This document shows, piece after piece, positions 1 through 8,410 of a DNA stretch of 41,483 bases. Location of the stretch: positions 1 to 41,483 of the IMG/VR virus record IMGVR_UViG_2565956725_000003, one strand, 5' to 3'. The DNA comes from a virus (Duplodnaviria; Heunggongvirae; Uroviricota; Caudoviricetes). The translations under genes were made by a program, and so were the position numbers. Numbering within the stretch: the first letter of the stretch is position 1; each line of letters opens with the position of its first letter. The notes beneath the pieces were generated by a model. That model was not told the origin of the DNA. It ran no database searches and saw only the letters and a program-made list of their open reading frames with translations.

Positions 1-516
1 ATGAAATTTAAAAAATGTCTTCTGCCTGTGGCAATGTTAGCGTCATTCACTCTGGCAGGATGCCAGTCAAATGCTGATGATCATGCTGCCGATGTTTATC
101 AAACCGATCAACTGAATACCAAACAAGAAACTAAAACCGTTAATATTATTTCCATTCTTCCCGCAAAAGTTGCCGTAGACAACGCCCAAAATAAACGGAA
201 CGCACAAGCCTTCGGCGCGCTTATTGGCGCTGTCGCTGGCGGTGTTATCGGCCACAACGTCGGGTCTGGCAGCAATTCCGGAACGACGGCAGGTGCAGTT
301 GGCGGCGGAGCTGTAGGCGCGGCAGCGGGTTCGATGGTGAATGATAAAACCTTAGTGGAAGGTGTTTCTTTAACATATAAGGAAGGCACCAAAGTGTATA
401 CCTCCACCCAGGTGGGTAAAGAGTGCCAGTTTACGACAGGTTTAGCCGTTGTTATTACCACGACGTATAACGAAACGCGTATTCAGCCAAATACCAAATG
501 TCCTGAAAAGAGCTAA
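1..516 (+). CDS. yfgH: glycine-zipper outer-membrane lipoprotein (host gene, candidate YfgH)
   Basis: 171-aa ORF with lipoprotein signal peptide and lipobox LAGC; Gly/Ala-rich segment GALIGAVAGGVIGHNVG. Symbol inferred from size and position next to a guaA 3'-end remnant, recalled not searched. Confidence 0.55.
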   Translation: MKFKKCLLPVAMLASFTLAGCQSNADDHAADVYQTDQLNTKQETKTVNIISILPAKVAVDNAQNKRNAQAFGALIGAVAGGVIGHNVGSGSNSGTTAGAVGGGAVGAAAGSMVNDKTLVEGVSLTYKEGTKVYTSTQVGKECQFTTGLAVVITTTYNETRIQPNTKCPEKS

Positions 517-531
517 TAATCAGGAGGAGTC

Positions 532-1071
532 ATGAAGAAAGTTTTTCTTTGCGCCATCTTAGCCTCCTTAAGCTATCCGGCTATCGCCTCATCATTGCAG
601 GATCAACTCTCGGCTGTCGCAGAAGCGGAACAGCAAGGTAAAAATGAAGAGCAAAGGCAGCATGACGAATGGGTCGCGGAGCGCAACAGGGAAATCCAGC
701 AAGAGAAGCAACGTCGCGCAAACGCCCAGGCCGCGGCTAATAAAAGAGCGGCAACGGCAGCGGCGAATAAGAAAGCTCGTCAGGATAAACTGGACGCCGA
801 AGCCACTGCGGACAAAAAACGCGATCAAAGTTATGAAGATGAGCTACGCAGCTTAGAGATTCAGAAACAAAAACTGGCGCTGGCGAAAGAAGAAGCCCGC
901 GTCAAGCGCGAAAACGAATTTATCGATCAGGAACTGAAGCACAAAGCTGCGCAAACCGATGTGGTGCAATCTGAAGCTGACGCAAACAGAAATATGACTG
1001 AAGGCGGTCGCGATCTGATGAAAAGCGTGGGTAAAGCAGAAGAGAACAAATCGGACAGCTGGTTTAACTAA
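532..1071 (+). CDS. yfgI: secreted charged coiled-coil protein (host gene, candidate YfgI)
   Basis: 179-aa ORF, RBS AGGAGG 6 nt upstream, N-terminal signal peptide, K/E/R/Q-rich body. Length matches recalled YfgI; symbol is tentative. Confidence 0.5.
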   Translation: MKKVFLCAILASLSYPAIASSLQDQLSAVAEAEQQGKNEEQRQHDEWVAERNREIQQEKQRRANAQAAANKRAATAAANKKARQDKLDAEATADKKRDQSYEDELRSLEIQKQKLALAKEEARVKRENEFIDQELKHKAAQTDVVQSEADANRNMTEGGRDLMKSVGKAEENKSDSWFN

Positions 1072-1110
1072 GCGATGTCAGTAACTTCAAGCCTATGATT
1101 CGTGAGTATA

Positions 1111-1142
1111 AAAAACCCTCTGTAGTAACAGAGGGTTTTGTT
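1111..1142. terminator. bidirectional rho-independent terminator
   Basis: AAAAA-CCCTCTGT-AGTA-ACAGAGGG-TTTTGTT: 8-bp GC-rich stem flanked by an A-tract and a T-tract, lying between the convergent 532..1071 gene and the guaA-like remnant. Confidence 0.75.
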
Positions 1143-1164
1143 CATTCATAGTGCAGGGTTCAAA

Positions 1165-1179
1165 TCATTCCCACTCAAT
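1165..1179 (-). other. putative att core: guaA 3'-end-like remnant marking the left prophage junction
   Basis: Minus strand reads ATTGAGTGGGAATGA (IEWE-stop), the conserved GMP synthase C-terminus, and the frame is broken by a stop just upstream. Flanked by inverted repeat CACTCAATT (1172-1180) / AATTGAGTG (1200-1208). Confidence 0.45.
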
Positions 1180-1289
1180 TATTTACGGATACCATAACCA
1201 ATTGAGTGATAACATTTTTCCAAAGATGAATTTTTCTCGTACCGTTTTATATACCGTCACCGGAAATCAGTACCATGAAAAATGCCATG

Positions 1290-1772
1290 CTATCTGGTCA
1301 GGGTGTCGTACTGTTTTTCGCAGACTCTTCCGGCTTCGGCTGCCCGGTCAGCATACTCTGCCAGTTGTCTATTTCTCTCGAGAGATTTGCTGAACACGTC
1401 GGCAAGCAAAACTCCGGTGTCTGCGGCTGACGACCCAGCGCCGACAATGGCGTTATAGTGCCTGAGCTGCTCACGGATGGCAACGAGCTGTTGCTGCAAC
1501 CGGCCAGCGCGAGCGGCAGCATCAAGAGCATCATTGCGCGCCTGGTCGATCCTCTGCTGCGCTTCACGTTCATTGATCGATTTCTCCTGTTCGTAGTGCT
1601 GACGAATTCTCTCATCTTCGGTTTTGCGGTCTTCTTTCGCCTGTGCATACCCAGCGTCGTACTGACGACTGCCGTGCACATTCCAGGCAACAACTCCTGA
1701 TATGACCAGAACAGCAAGCACCGCCATGATAATCAACTGTTTACGGTATGCTTTTACGAATGACCAGATCAT
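1290..1772 (-). CDS. i-spanin (Rz-like)
   Basis: 160 aa with N-terminal TM helix then Q/R/E-rich coiled coil; last gene of the lysis cassette, start overlaps the endolysin stop. Confidence 0.8.
   Translation of the reverse strand: MIWSFVKAYRKQLIIMAVLAVLVISGVVAWNVHGSRQYDAGYAQAKEDRKTEDERIRQHYEQEKSINEREAQQRIDQARNDALDAAARAGRLQQQLVAIREQLRHYNAIVGAGSSAADTGVLLADVFSKSLERNRQLAEYADRAAEAGRVCEKQYDTLTR
1298..1534 (-). CDS. o-spanin (Rz1-like lipoprotein) embedded in Rz in the +1 frame
   Basis: Internal ATG-ATG start gives [13 protein letters not shown] (lipobox LAGC) followed by a Ser/Pro-rich mature peptide, entirely inside the Rz ORF. Confidence 0.65.
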   Translation of the reverse strand: MMLLMLPLALAGCSNSSLPSVSSSGTITPLSALGRQPQTPEFCLPTCSANLSREIDNWQSMLTGQPKPEESAKNSTTP

Positions 1773-2398
1773 ACAGCCAGCACCTTACTGGCAGTGACGT
1801 ACCGCGCGCGCCGGTCGTCGATGCCATTCCTGCCACCATTGATAATCAGAGTTACACGTGCAATATCGCCGGTATACTTCATGCAACCTTTGCTGGAGAA
1901 GAACCACGCCGCGCTACGAGCCGCGTATTCGTCCTGCGCCAACAGTTCAGGATTCTCCAGCAGGTCCACTTTCAGGCCGTTTCCGCAATCACGATAGTTA
2001 TTCAAACCGGTAATCTGGATAAGTCCGCGGCCACGGTAATTCCAGCCATCGCCGGGGGCATTGTTCCCCATGCGTTTGCTGTACACCAGATTGGCAATCG
2101 CTCGCTGGCGCTCGAGTGGCAATGGTGGTTCACCAGCATGGCGACCCAGTGCATTAGCCTGCCCCTGAGTGAGACGCCCAGCCCGAACGAAGTTAGCCAG
2201 TCCGCTGACACTGTAGTTGAAATTCTCCTGCAACCTGGTGAAGCCCCCAGACTCATGCCCGACTTGAGCAATAAACATTGCCTGATCTTCTGCTTTGCTG
2301 ATACCAAACTCTTTCATCGCAGAAGTTATATGCGAGAACCAGCGTGCGGCCAGCGCCTCGCTAATACCAGCAGCTCGCTGGAATTGTTTAATCTCCAT
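1769..2398 (-). CDS. endolysin, glycoside hydrolase family 19
   Basis: Start MEIKQFQ with RBS GAGGT; motifs VGHESGGF and [16 protein letters not shown] typical of GH19 lysozymes. The ORF-track start at 2629 is rejected because it runs through the holin gene. Confidence 0.8.
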   Translation of the reverse strand: MEIKQFQRAAGISEALAARWFSHITSAMKEFGISKAEDQAMFIAQVGHESGGFTRLQENFNYSVSGLANFVRAGRLTQGQANALGRHAGEPPLPLERQRAIANLVYSKRMGNNAPGDGWNYRGRGLIQITGLNNYRDCGNGLKVDLLENPELLAQDEYAARSAAWFFSSKGCMKYTGDIARVTLIINGGRNGIDDRRARYVTASKVLAV

Positions 2399-2696
2399 GT
2401 TTAGACCTCGATATTTTGAAAATCTGAACAACGTTACCGCGTGTTTTAATAACCGCGGCAAGCATGACAGCGTTGATAATGACCTCAGATAAATCCACAG
2501 CCATTGGCGTGCGTAACCAGATTGCATAGACGACACGAACAGGAATACTGGCCGCAGCAACAATAAGGAAATAAGCAAGCCACCCTCCCCATCTTCGATG
2601 TTGAGAGCCGTTACGCCGGAATGTGACAACGCGAATTGCTATGCCAGTACAAATAACTGCATTGGTGATAAGCAAAAAAAACTCATGCGTTACCAT
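2388..2696 (-). CDS. putative holin
   Basis: 102 aa with about three TM segments and a charged C-terminus (KISRSKHGD); RBS GGGGAG; immediately upstream of and overlapping the endolysin start. Confidence 0.55.
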   Translation of the reverse strand: MVTHEFFLLITNAVICTGIAIRVVTFRRNGSQHRRWGGWLAYFLIVAAASIPVRVVYAIWLRTPMAVDLSEVIINAVMLAAVIKTRGNVVQIFKISRSKHGD

Positions 2697-3096
2697 CGTC
2701 TTTTCTCCCCGGAATTAAATCGCGTGGATTGTCTGAACGGTGGTAGAGCCATATACCAATACGCACAGCGACAATTGCTGACACGAATGCGCCAGCAGAG
2801 AAAACAATCCCTTTTTCAAAAGAGTCCTGCGTGATGGTAGGGATCAGGCTGGCTATGCCGATAAGAATTGATGCTGCTGGTTTGTAGAAAAGAAGTCCAC
2901 AGAGAAAGCTAAGCATCGATAAGAGTACGCGACGATGAATTGGGTACTCTACCGCAGAGGTAACAAAAATTACCGCACCAGCAAGAGCACCGAGCGCCAC
3001 CTCTGGCGGAACGCCTACGATAACTGCAGCAAGAGAGCTCACACTAAGCCATTGATTTAAAGAATCAGTAGTTAGATGGGCTGACATAATGAACAC
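2683..3096 (-). CDS. small multi-pass membrane protein (second holin/antiholin or other)
   Basis: 137 aa with three to four hydrophobic helices, between tailspike and holin; start ambiguous (GTG at 3096 or ATG at 3087), weak RBS. Confidence 0.4.
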   Translation of the reverse strand: MFIMSAHLTTDSLNQWLSVSSLAAVIVGVPPEVALGALAGAVIFVTSAVEYPIHRRVLLSMLSFLCGLLFYKPAASILIGIASLIPTITQDSFEKGIVFSAGAFVSAIVAVRIGIWLYHRSDNPRDLIPGRKDDGNA

Positions 3097-3316
3097 CGTT
3101 TATTACGCATAACAATCTCCTTACTATTGAAGATTCACACATAATAAACCATTTAAGGATAATAGTTACCTCAAAACGCTGTATTTCTACCTTCTACGGC
3201 AATGAAAATTTCGTTCAGAAAATGGTCTAGTGTACCTCTCAGTCACAATTAAAGAAGAAAGAAGCCGAACTTACTTCGTAATAAGCAAGCCGGCTACTAA
3301 GATTAATCCTCAATAT

Positions 3317-6073
3317 TTAGCTACTTTCAAGCATTGCAAGACGTGATTCTATTTTTTCGATTCTTCTACGCAAATAAGCTGACTCAAGCCATAAACACTG
3401 GTCAGTACGGATACCCCACCTATTTCCAGCCTTGCAAACCAGAGTTCGCTCTTCTGTTTCGTATTCTTCTTCCATCTCAATTTCGACGCCATCCACAACT
3501 TTAGTGATCATCCTTACCGCCATCACTGGCGCGTATTTATCATCCCATTCATCGTAACAGAGAAGGCCAAATCTGGTTCCATCAATCCCATGCGCGAGGA
3601 AAGTGTCTCTCACTTGTTGTGCTATAACACCAAAATGCCAGCGGGCACCATCTCCCTTTTCCCTGACGGCATCAAGCCAGCGAAAAGCTACAATCCTGAT
3701 ATCTCCCCATGCATCCAGAATTGCATCACCTTCATAACCACGAGACATATACAAGCTGAGCTCACTTGTACTAATCGGTTCACTTTTTTCTCTACCATCT
3801 GATGTGTTTATCGAACCGTTCGCAGAATAAACCTGTGCCCATCTAAATGATGGTGCACCAAGAGATTTGCTGTTATCAATAATTGGTGAAAAATTACCTT
3901 TAATGGCAATATTTCCAGAGTCGCCGAATATATTAATAACTGCAGAGTCATCACCATGGTTTTTTACGCTTAAGTTTCTTGATGAAATATTTATATCTTT
4001 GTTATATCCACTAACATTAATCCATCTTTTACCATCAATGTGATACCCGTAAATATTTCCGTCTGATTGTTCGTCAGGTGACTCTCTAAGAACAATAGCA
4101 TCTGCTCCAGACGACCATTGTATTTTTGTATCTGTAGGCCTCCAGTTCTTTATAATGAACGAACCATCAGTAAACTCCGTTTTTATTTGTCTATTGTCTA
4201 CAAATGCGTCTCTTGGTTTAAACTCACTTGTGTTAACGCTGCTCTGAAGATCAGAAGCAAAAAATCTAAGATTTCCTGTATAACCCTGAGTCTCGGTCTG
4301 GTTATACGCAATCATAATTCCATTTTCAAACTCAGATGATGTTATTTTAACATCACGGCAATCACCAAAAATGCAATTTCCTTTATCAAATGTTGTTTGA
4401 GCTTTGAATTTATCAAACCTTAAATTACGAACAGGGAAACCATCAACCTCTAATGCAAAGGATGCAGGAAGGCCAAAGTATTCTGATGGCTTACCTGATG
4501 TATGATCAAGAGTAGTGGCTACTGTATTCTCAAAAACAGTCCCGCTAAAATTATTACCAATTGACGGAAACCTGATTACACTTATTGTACCTTGTATTTC
4601 AGGAGAAATACCAGATAGTGTGATGTTAGCTCCATCAAATGATGCATCTGAATACGTATATACTGATTCACTGCCAGCAATTTTAAACTGTTTAACTGAA
4701 GTTATTCTCATCGACTTTTTATGTTTAAATGTCACTGAGCTTTCAGTATTACTTACAAGATCAATCTGAGGGCTATTCCTTATCGCGATCCCTGACTGGA
4801 CATAAACGTTATTAAAGTGCGTTTTTTCAGGATTTCCCTTCATTGAAAGGCTCCCGTCATTTTCTGTCAGTAGTAGTCCTTTTACCCTCCAATAGCCGAC
4901 AATCTGTACGTTATCAATAACTGAATCACAGCTATCGTATACATGCAACCCTATATCCCAGTCATCACCCAATGAATAAGAATCAGGGTTATTGTATCCT
5001 TCAATACCATTTTTACTTACCATTATTCTCAGGTTGCGTAACTGTGATGCCCTGTTGATACTAACAGCTACGCTCATGGCTTTTGGTGTAGCAGGAGTAA
5101 CACCTACAGAATCTTCATTTGTAAACTCAGTGAACTTACAAGATATCCCTTCAACAATTTTAACTGGTCTTTCATTAGAGATGTTAAAAAAATATTTGTT
5201 TTTTTCTCCATCACCAGTAAATACAAGATGGGTTCCTTTACTCCAACTTTTTAATAATCTTTCAGGCGCTGGTCTATATGTATCCCAATAATCAATGCCA
5301 TCACCAATTAAAGACACTCCAGGAGGCACATCTATGTTCTTAGAAATCATCCATTTACCTGCAGGTATTCTAACGACACTTGCACCAGAATTTATCGCAT
5401 TAATTAACCATTCAGACGCATCAACTTCAAAATTTAATGCAGCATATCTTTGCTCAAACGGAACAAAATCAAGAGCGTTAACGTTATCCCGCATCTTATC
5501 CTGGAACGTTCGGTATACTGCTCCAGAACCATACTGAATAAACCAACCAAAACCACCAACAACTCCGGCGATTGCAGCATCAACATAATTGCGCATTGAT
5601 CGATTATTTACAGCATCCTGCTCAAGTGATGGATCTGCAAGGTTAGAAATTTTGTTTTGCTTTGCATCGTAATATTTTGCAAGCAAAGATGGTTTCATCA
5701 ATGCACGTCTGAACCATCCAAAACATTGCTGGATCAGCATCGTCAGATAGTCAAAGGCATCTTCATGCACCTCGGGGAAAAATTTTCCCTGATTACGAAG
5801 ATCAGTCTCCTGCACCACATCAAGCACACGATCTATCGTAATTCGCCATCCAGCAGCAAGCGGCGACGGAAGAACAACAGAACCGCCACTATAAGTGCCC
5901 GCCCCTGTTACCGTATAACCGGTATCCAGAACCAATTCTGTTACGTTCCCGTTCAGGTCAGACACCTGAACAACCAGGTCGGATTTTTTGAAAATACGGA
6001 AGGTATACGGAAATGATGTCGTAGCTCCGTTACCTGTGTATTCGTTGTGGTCAACTTCGGTTGAGACCGTCAT
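3317..6073 (-). CDS. tailspike/tail fibre with C-terminal intramolecular chaperone (peptidase S74-like)
   Basis: 918 aa; N-terminus resembles the T7 gp17-type adaptor domain; AT-rich central part; C-terminal roughly 150 aa resembles self-cleaving chaperone domains of endosialidase-type fibres; RBS GGAG. Confidence 0.8.
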   Translation of the reverse strand: MTVSTEVDHNEYTGNGATTSFPYTFRIFKKSDLVVQVSDLNGNVTELVLDTGYTVTGAGTYSGGSVVLPSPLAAGWRITIDRVLDVVQETDLRNQGKFFPEVHEDAFDYLTMLIQQCFGWFRRALMKPSLLAKYYDAKQNKISNLADPSLEQDAVNNRSMRNYVDAAIAGVVGGFGWFIQYGSGAVYRTFQDKMRDNVNALDFVPFEQRYAALNFEVDASEWLINAINSGASVVRIPAGKWMISKNIDVPPGVSLIGDGIDYWDTYRPAPERLLKSWSKGTHLVFTGDGEKNKYFFNISNERPVKIVEGISCKFTEFTNEDSVGVTPATPKAMSVAVSINRASQLRNLRIMVSKNGIEGYNNPDSYSLGDDWDIGLHVYDSCDSVIDNVQIVGYWRVKGLLLTENDGSLSMKGNPEKTHFNNVYVQSGIAIRNSPQIDLVSNTESSVTFKHKKSMRITSVKQFKIAGSESVYTYSDASFDGANITLSGISPEIQGTISVIRFPSIGNNFSGTVFENTVATTLDHTSGKPSEYFGLPASFALEVDGFPVRNLRFDKFKAQTTFDKGNCIFGDCRDVKITSSEFENGIMIAYNQTETQGYTGNLRFFASDLQSSVNTSEFKPRDAFVDNRQIKTEFTDGSFIIKNWRPTDTKIQWSSGADAIVLRESPDEQSDGNIYGYHIDGKRWINVSGYNKDINISSRNLSVKNHGDDSAVINIFGDSGNIAIKGNFSPIIDNSKSLGAPSFRWAQVYSANGSINTSDGREKSEPISTSELSLYMSRGYEGDAILDAWGDIRIVAFRWLDAVREKGDGARWHFGVIAQQVRDTFLAHGIDGTRFGLLCYDEWDDKYAPVMAVRMITKVVDGVEIEMEEEYETEERTLVCKAGNRWGIRTDQCLWLESAYLRRRIEKIESRLAMLESS

Positions 6074-6176
6074 GTTAAATCTCCAGATAGTCGCAGCACC
6101 CGTTGCGCCGCATATCTGGTTATTCTATTACCTGAAAAACCACATATGGATAGAAAGACTGTAAATACGAATAGAT

Positions 6177-6193
6177 ATTACCTTTCGGGTAAT
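6177..6193. promoter_or_regulatory. operator-like 17-bp palindrome ATTACC-N5-GGTAAT (copy 1)
   Basis: ATTACCTTTCGGGTAAT, perfect 6+6 inverted repeat, in the divergent region between the tailspike start and the SOS-box ORF. Confidence 0.6.
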
Positions 6194-6229
6194 TTGCAAA
6201 ACGTGCTGGATAGCAAACAAATTATTTGA

Positions 6230-6249
6230 TACTGTATAAATATACAGTT
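6230..6249 (+). promoter_or_regulatory. LexA (SOS) box inside a sigma70-like promoter
   Basis: TACTGTATAAATATACAGTT matches the CTGT-N8-ACAG consensus; sits between TTGATA (6226-6231) and TATTAC (6249-6254), 20 nt upstream of the ORF at 6269. Confidence 0.8.
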
Positions 6250-6268
6250 ATTACATGGAGAAGATAAG

Positions 6269-6526
6269 ATGCAGCAGTATCACTATCCACTGGAAGACGG
6301 ATTTACCGAAAGGATTCACACGCCGGGAGGCGTCAGGTCACTGGTGGAGGGATCGCACTTGATGAAATTACTCCGGGATCTCGATAAGGATGGATTTAAT
6401 GTCGATGGCCCACTTGCCGAACTGACTGCACTGATTAACTACGTCACCAGCTCACAGATGTCTATGCAGGATCTGCAAACACATCTCGACTATTGTGCCG
6501 AACAATTACGAAAGCAAACCAGATAA
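6269..6526 (+). CDS. small SOS-controlled protein, paralogue of the Bro protein C-terminal domain (candidate antirepressor)
   Basis: 85 aa, RBS GGAG; aligns with the last ~65 aa of the 6840..7532 product (shared IH-P-GV, LM-LL, DG-V-G, AELT, QTH-Y). Confidence 0.7.
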   Translation: MQQYHYPLEDGFTERIHTPGGVRSLVEGSHLMKLLRDLDKDGFNVDGPLAELTALINYVTSSQMSMQDLQTHLDYCAEQLRKQTR

Positions 6527-6556
6527 GGTTTGCAATTACCAAGTGGAGTGCTTATA

Positions 6557-6573
6557 TTTACCTTTGCGGTAAA
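6557..6573. promoter_or_regulatory. operator-like palindrome (copy 2) nested in a larger inverted repeat
   Basis: TTTACCTTTGCGGTAAA, flanked symmetrically by GGAGTGC (6545-6551) and GCACTCC (6582-6588). Confidence 0.55.
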
Positions 6574-6665
6574 TTTACATCGCACTCCTCTTGTGCCATA
6601 GTAATCGGGCACTGGCAAAATCCAGTGCCGGGATTGGTCTCCCGGATTACTACAGAGGCACATAT

Positions 6666-6686
6666 GCCGCATAAGCGGTTTTTTTA
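6666..6686 (+). terminator. weak terminator-like hairpin plus T-tract
   Basis: CCGC-ATAA-GCGG followed by TTTTTTT; short stem. Confidence 0.3.
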
Positions 6687-6839
6687 TGTGTAAAGCGCAC
6701 CTATTCTATGGTGGGCTGTGTGGGGGCACCGAAAGGTGCGCCGGGTTCCTTTGTAGCCGGTAAGACCAACTCTGCACAGTTCACCACCATCTGATTGGTC
6801 TCAGCGGTGGTGATTAACCTAACTACAAAGGTGATCGCC

Positions 6840-7532
6840 ATGAATACCAAACCTTCCATCTTTTCCTTTGAGTCATCCTGCCAGATCCGTATGTTCATGA
6901 TTGACGGAGAACCTTGGTTTGTCACCAAAGATGTGTGCAATGCTTTGAATATTGATGTTACACAAGCGAGAAAACTTGATAAAAAAGGCTGGAACAAAAA
7001 GGGGCTGTATTCAATACAGACCCCTGGTGGAATACAAGAACTATCCATCGTTTCAGAATCAGGTCTCTACATCCTTATTCTGCGTTGCAAAGAGGCAATG
7101 ACAGAGGGAACGAGAGCATTCAGATTTCTTGAATGGGTTACAGGTGAGGTTCTTCCTCAGATCCGCCGCACCGGAAGTTACATTAAAAACTCGCTCCCGC
7201 AGGAAGAACGCATAAAGATGGTTGCCGACCAGGTAGCCAACGCCACGGCGTCAGCAGTAATGCAGGCGATGAAGATAGAGAACAAAACCTACAGTGCCCC
7301 GCTGAAGCCCGGCTACCGCAGCCTGATTCACTCGCCGTCTGGTGTTCTCGGCCTGACGGAGAACTCACTGCTGATGAATCTGCTGAACCAGTTACAGGAA
7401 GACGGGCACGACGTATCGGGCGCGGCGGCGGAACTGACCACCATGTTCTGCTACATCGTCGGTGTGAGTAAATGCCTGCGTGATATCCAGACCCACGCGG
7501 AATACATCAACGACAAGGCAGGGGTCTTCTGA
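6840..7532 (+). CDS. Bro-N domain protein (antirepressor-like)
   Basis: N-terminal Bro-N signature (FSFESSCQIRMFMIDGEPWFVTKDVCNALNI ... GLYILILRC ... FLEWVTGEVLPQIRRTGSY); start at ATG 6840 with RBS AAAGGTGA. Confidence 0.85.
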   Translation: MNTKPSIFSFESSCQIRMFMIDGEPWFVTKDVCNALNIDVTQARKLDKKGWNKKGLYSIQTPGGIQELSIVSESGLYILILRCKEAMTEGTRAFRFLEWVTGEVLPQIRRTGSYIKNSLPQEERIKMVADQVANATASAVMQAMKIENKTYSAPLKPGYRSLIHSPSGVLGLTENSLLMNLLNQLQEDGHDVSGAAAELTTMFCYIVGVSKCLRDIQTHAEYINDKAGVF

Positions 7533-7541
7533 CAGAACGGC

Positions 7542-7568
7542 GGCACAGGGATGTGCCTTTAAATAATT
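7542..7568 (+). terminator. terminator-like hairpin after the Bro gene
   Basis: GGCACA-GGGA-TGTGCC followed by TTTAAATAATT. Confidence 0.4.
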
Positions 7569-7597
7569 CTGTACAGATTGCAGGTGAATAGCGTACT

Positions 7598-7614
7598 ATT
7601 ACCCCAAAGGTAAG
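7598..7614. promoter_or_regulatory. operator-like palindrome (copy 3)
   Basis: ATTACCCCAAAGGTAAG upstream of the two-gene cassette; further GTAAC-N13-GTTACC half-sites at 7626-7650. Confidence 0.55.
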
Positions 7615-7730
7615 AAAGTTGATTTGTAACATTTTAGTTTGTAGTTACCGTGATGGTTTTGCTGCAGAAAGTTAACTAGTCAAAATCACACCGTATGTAA
7701 GTCACGTCTGTTCCCGTATGGGAGGATGAT

Positions 7731-7949
7731 ATGTTTAAATTTGATATGCAACTCAACCAAAACTATGCCTCTTTTTACCATCCAGAAACTGGTAAAGCTG
7801 TTTTCGTTGACTCTTTCGATAATGAAGAATTTGATATCAGAATTGGGACCCTACGCCAAAGTAAGCATGTTGCTACTGTACGTGCATCCAATGATGATGA
7901 ATTAAATCAAAAAATAAGTGAGGCGACCTCCCGTTATCTATGTCTATAA
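7731..7949 (+). CDS. hypothetical protein, first gene of an AT-rich two-gene cassette
   Basis: 72 aa; strong RBS GGGAGGA; no recognisable domain. Confidence 0.6.
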   Translation: MFKFDMQLNQNYASFYHPETGKAVFVDSFDNEEFDIRIGTLRQSKHVATVRASNDDELNQKISEATSRYLCL

Positions 7950-8317
7950 CAGAACAACAACTCATTGATCTTGAGGATGAGATTAACGAGATCTTGCAAG
8001 AAGATGCGGCAAGAATTCACTTTTCATTTCACGCAGCATATGAACGCCTGAACGACGAGAGGAACAAACCGCCAATTACTCTTGCTGAGCTTGAAGATGT
8101 GTTTAAATCGTTTATATCTGCACATCTGCAGACTGTTTTGGATTTTGCTGAAGGTACAACTTTCACCATAAAGTGCAACAAAAGCGCCCTTCATTTTCCT
8201 TGCGCCATTGTACACGAAAGAGAGTTTGGGAAAACGTGGGTTATCCAAAACGTCATTACAGCCATGAGGAAAGTGGGATTCAAGTCTAAAGATTCTATTA
8301 TCCTCGAAGTTAATTAA
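7940..8317 (+). CDS. hypothetical acidic protein, second gene of the cassette
   Basis: 125 aa; start overlaps the upstream stop by 10 nt; followed by a terminator; no recognisable domain. Confidence 0.6.
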   Translation: MSITEQQLIDLEDEINEILQEDAARIHFSFHAAYERLNDERNKPPITLAELEDVFKSFISAHLQTVLDFAEGTTFTIKCNKSALHFPCAIVHEREFGKTWVIQNVITAMRKVGFKSKDSIILEVN

Positions 8318-8339
8318 GCCCGCACTGAGGGCTTTTTTA
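8317..8339 (+). terminator. rho-independent terminator
   Basis: AGCCC-GCACTGA-GGGCT followed by TTTTTT directly after the 125-aa gene stop. Confidence 0.7.
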
Positions 8340-8410
8340 TGGACGAAACAAAAGTCAGTGCTACACTCATTGACGCCACATTGAGGTGGCTTATAGATGG
8401 AAATTTCACA

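Noticed and set aside
1151-1393. 80-aa + strand ORF spanning the att region into Rz
   Set aside because: Crosses the inferred host/phage junction and overlaps Rz/Rz1 antisense; no RBS.
2399-2629. N-terminal 77-aa extension of the endolysin ORF
   Set aside because: It overlaps the holin gene in another frame; the MEIKQFQ start has its own RBS and matches GH19 endolysin N-termini.
7568-7585. CTGTACAGATTGCAGG as a possible second LexA box
   Set aside because: Has CTGT but the distal half is CAGG rather than ACAG at the right spacing.
8339-8410. N-terminal extension of the small secreted peptide ORF
   Set aside because: The ATG at 8339 abuts the terminator T-tract with no RBS; the internal ATG at 8411 gives a canonical signal peptide.
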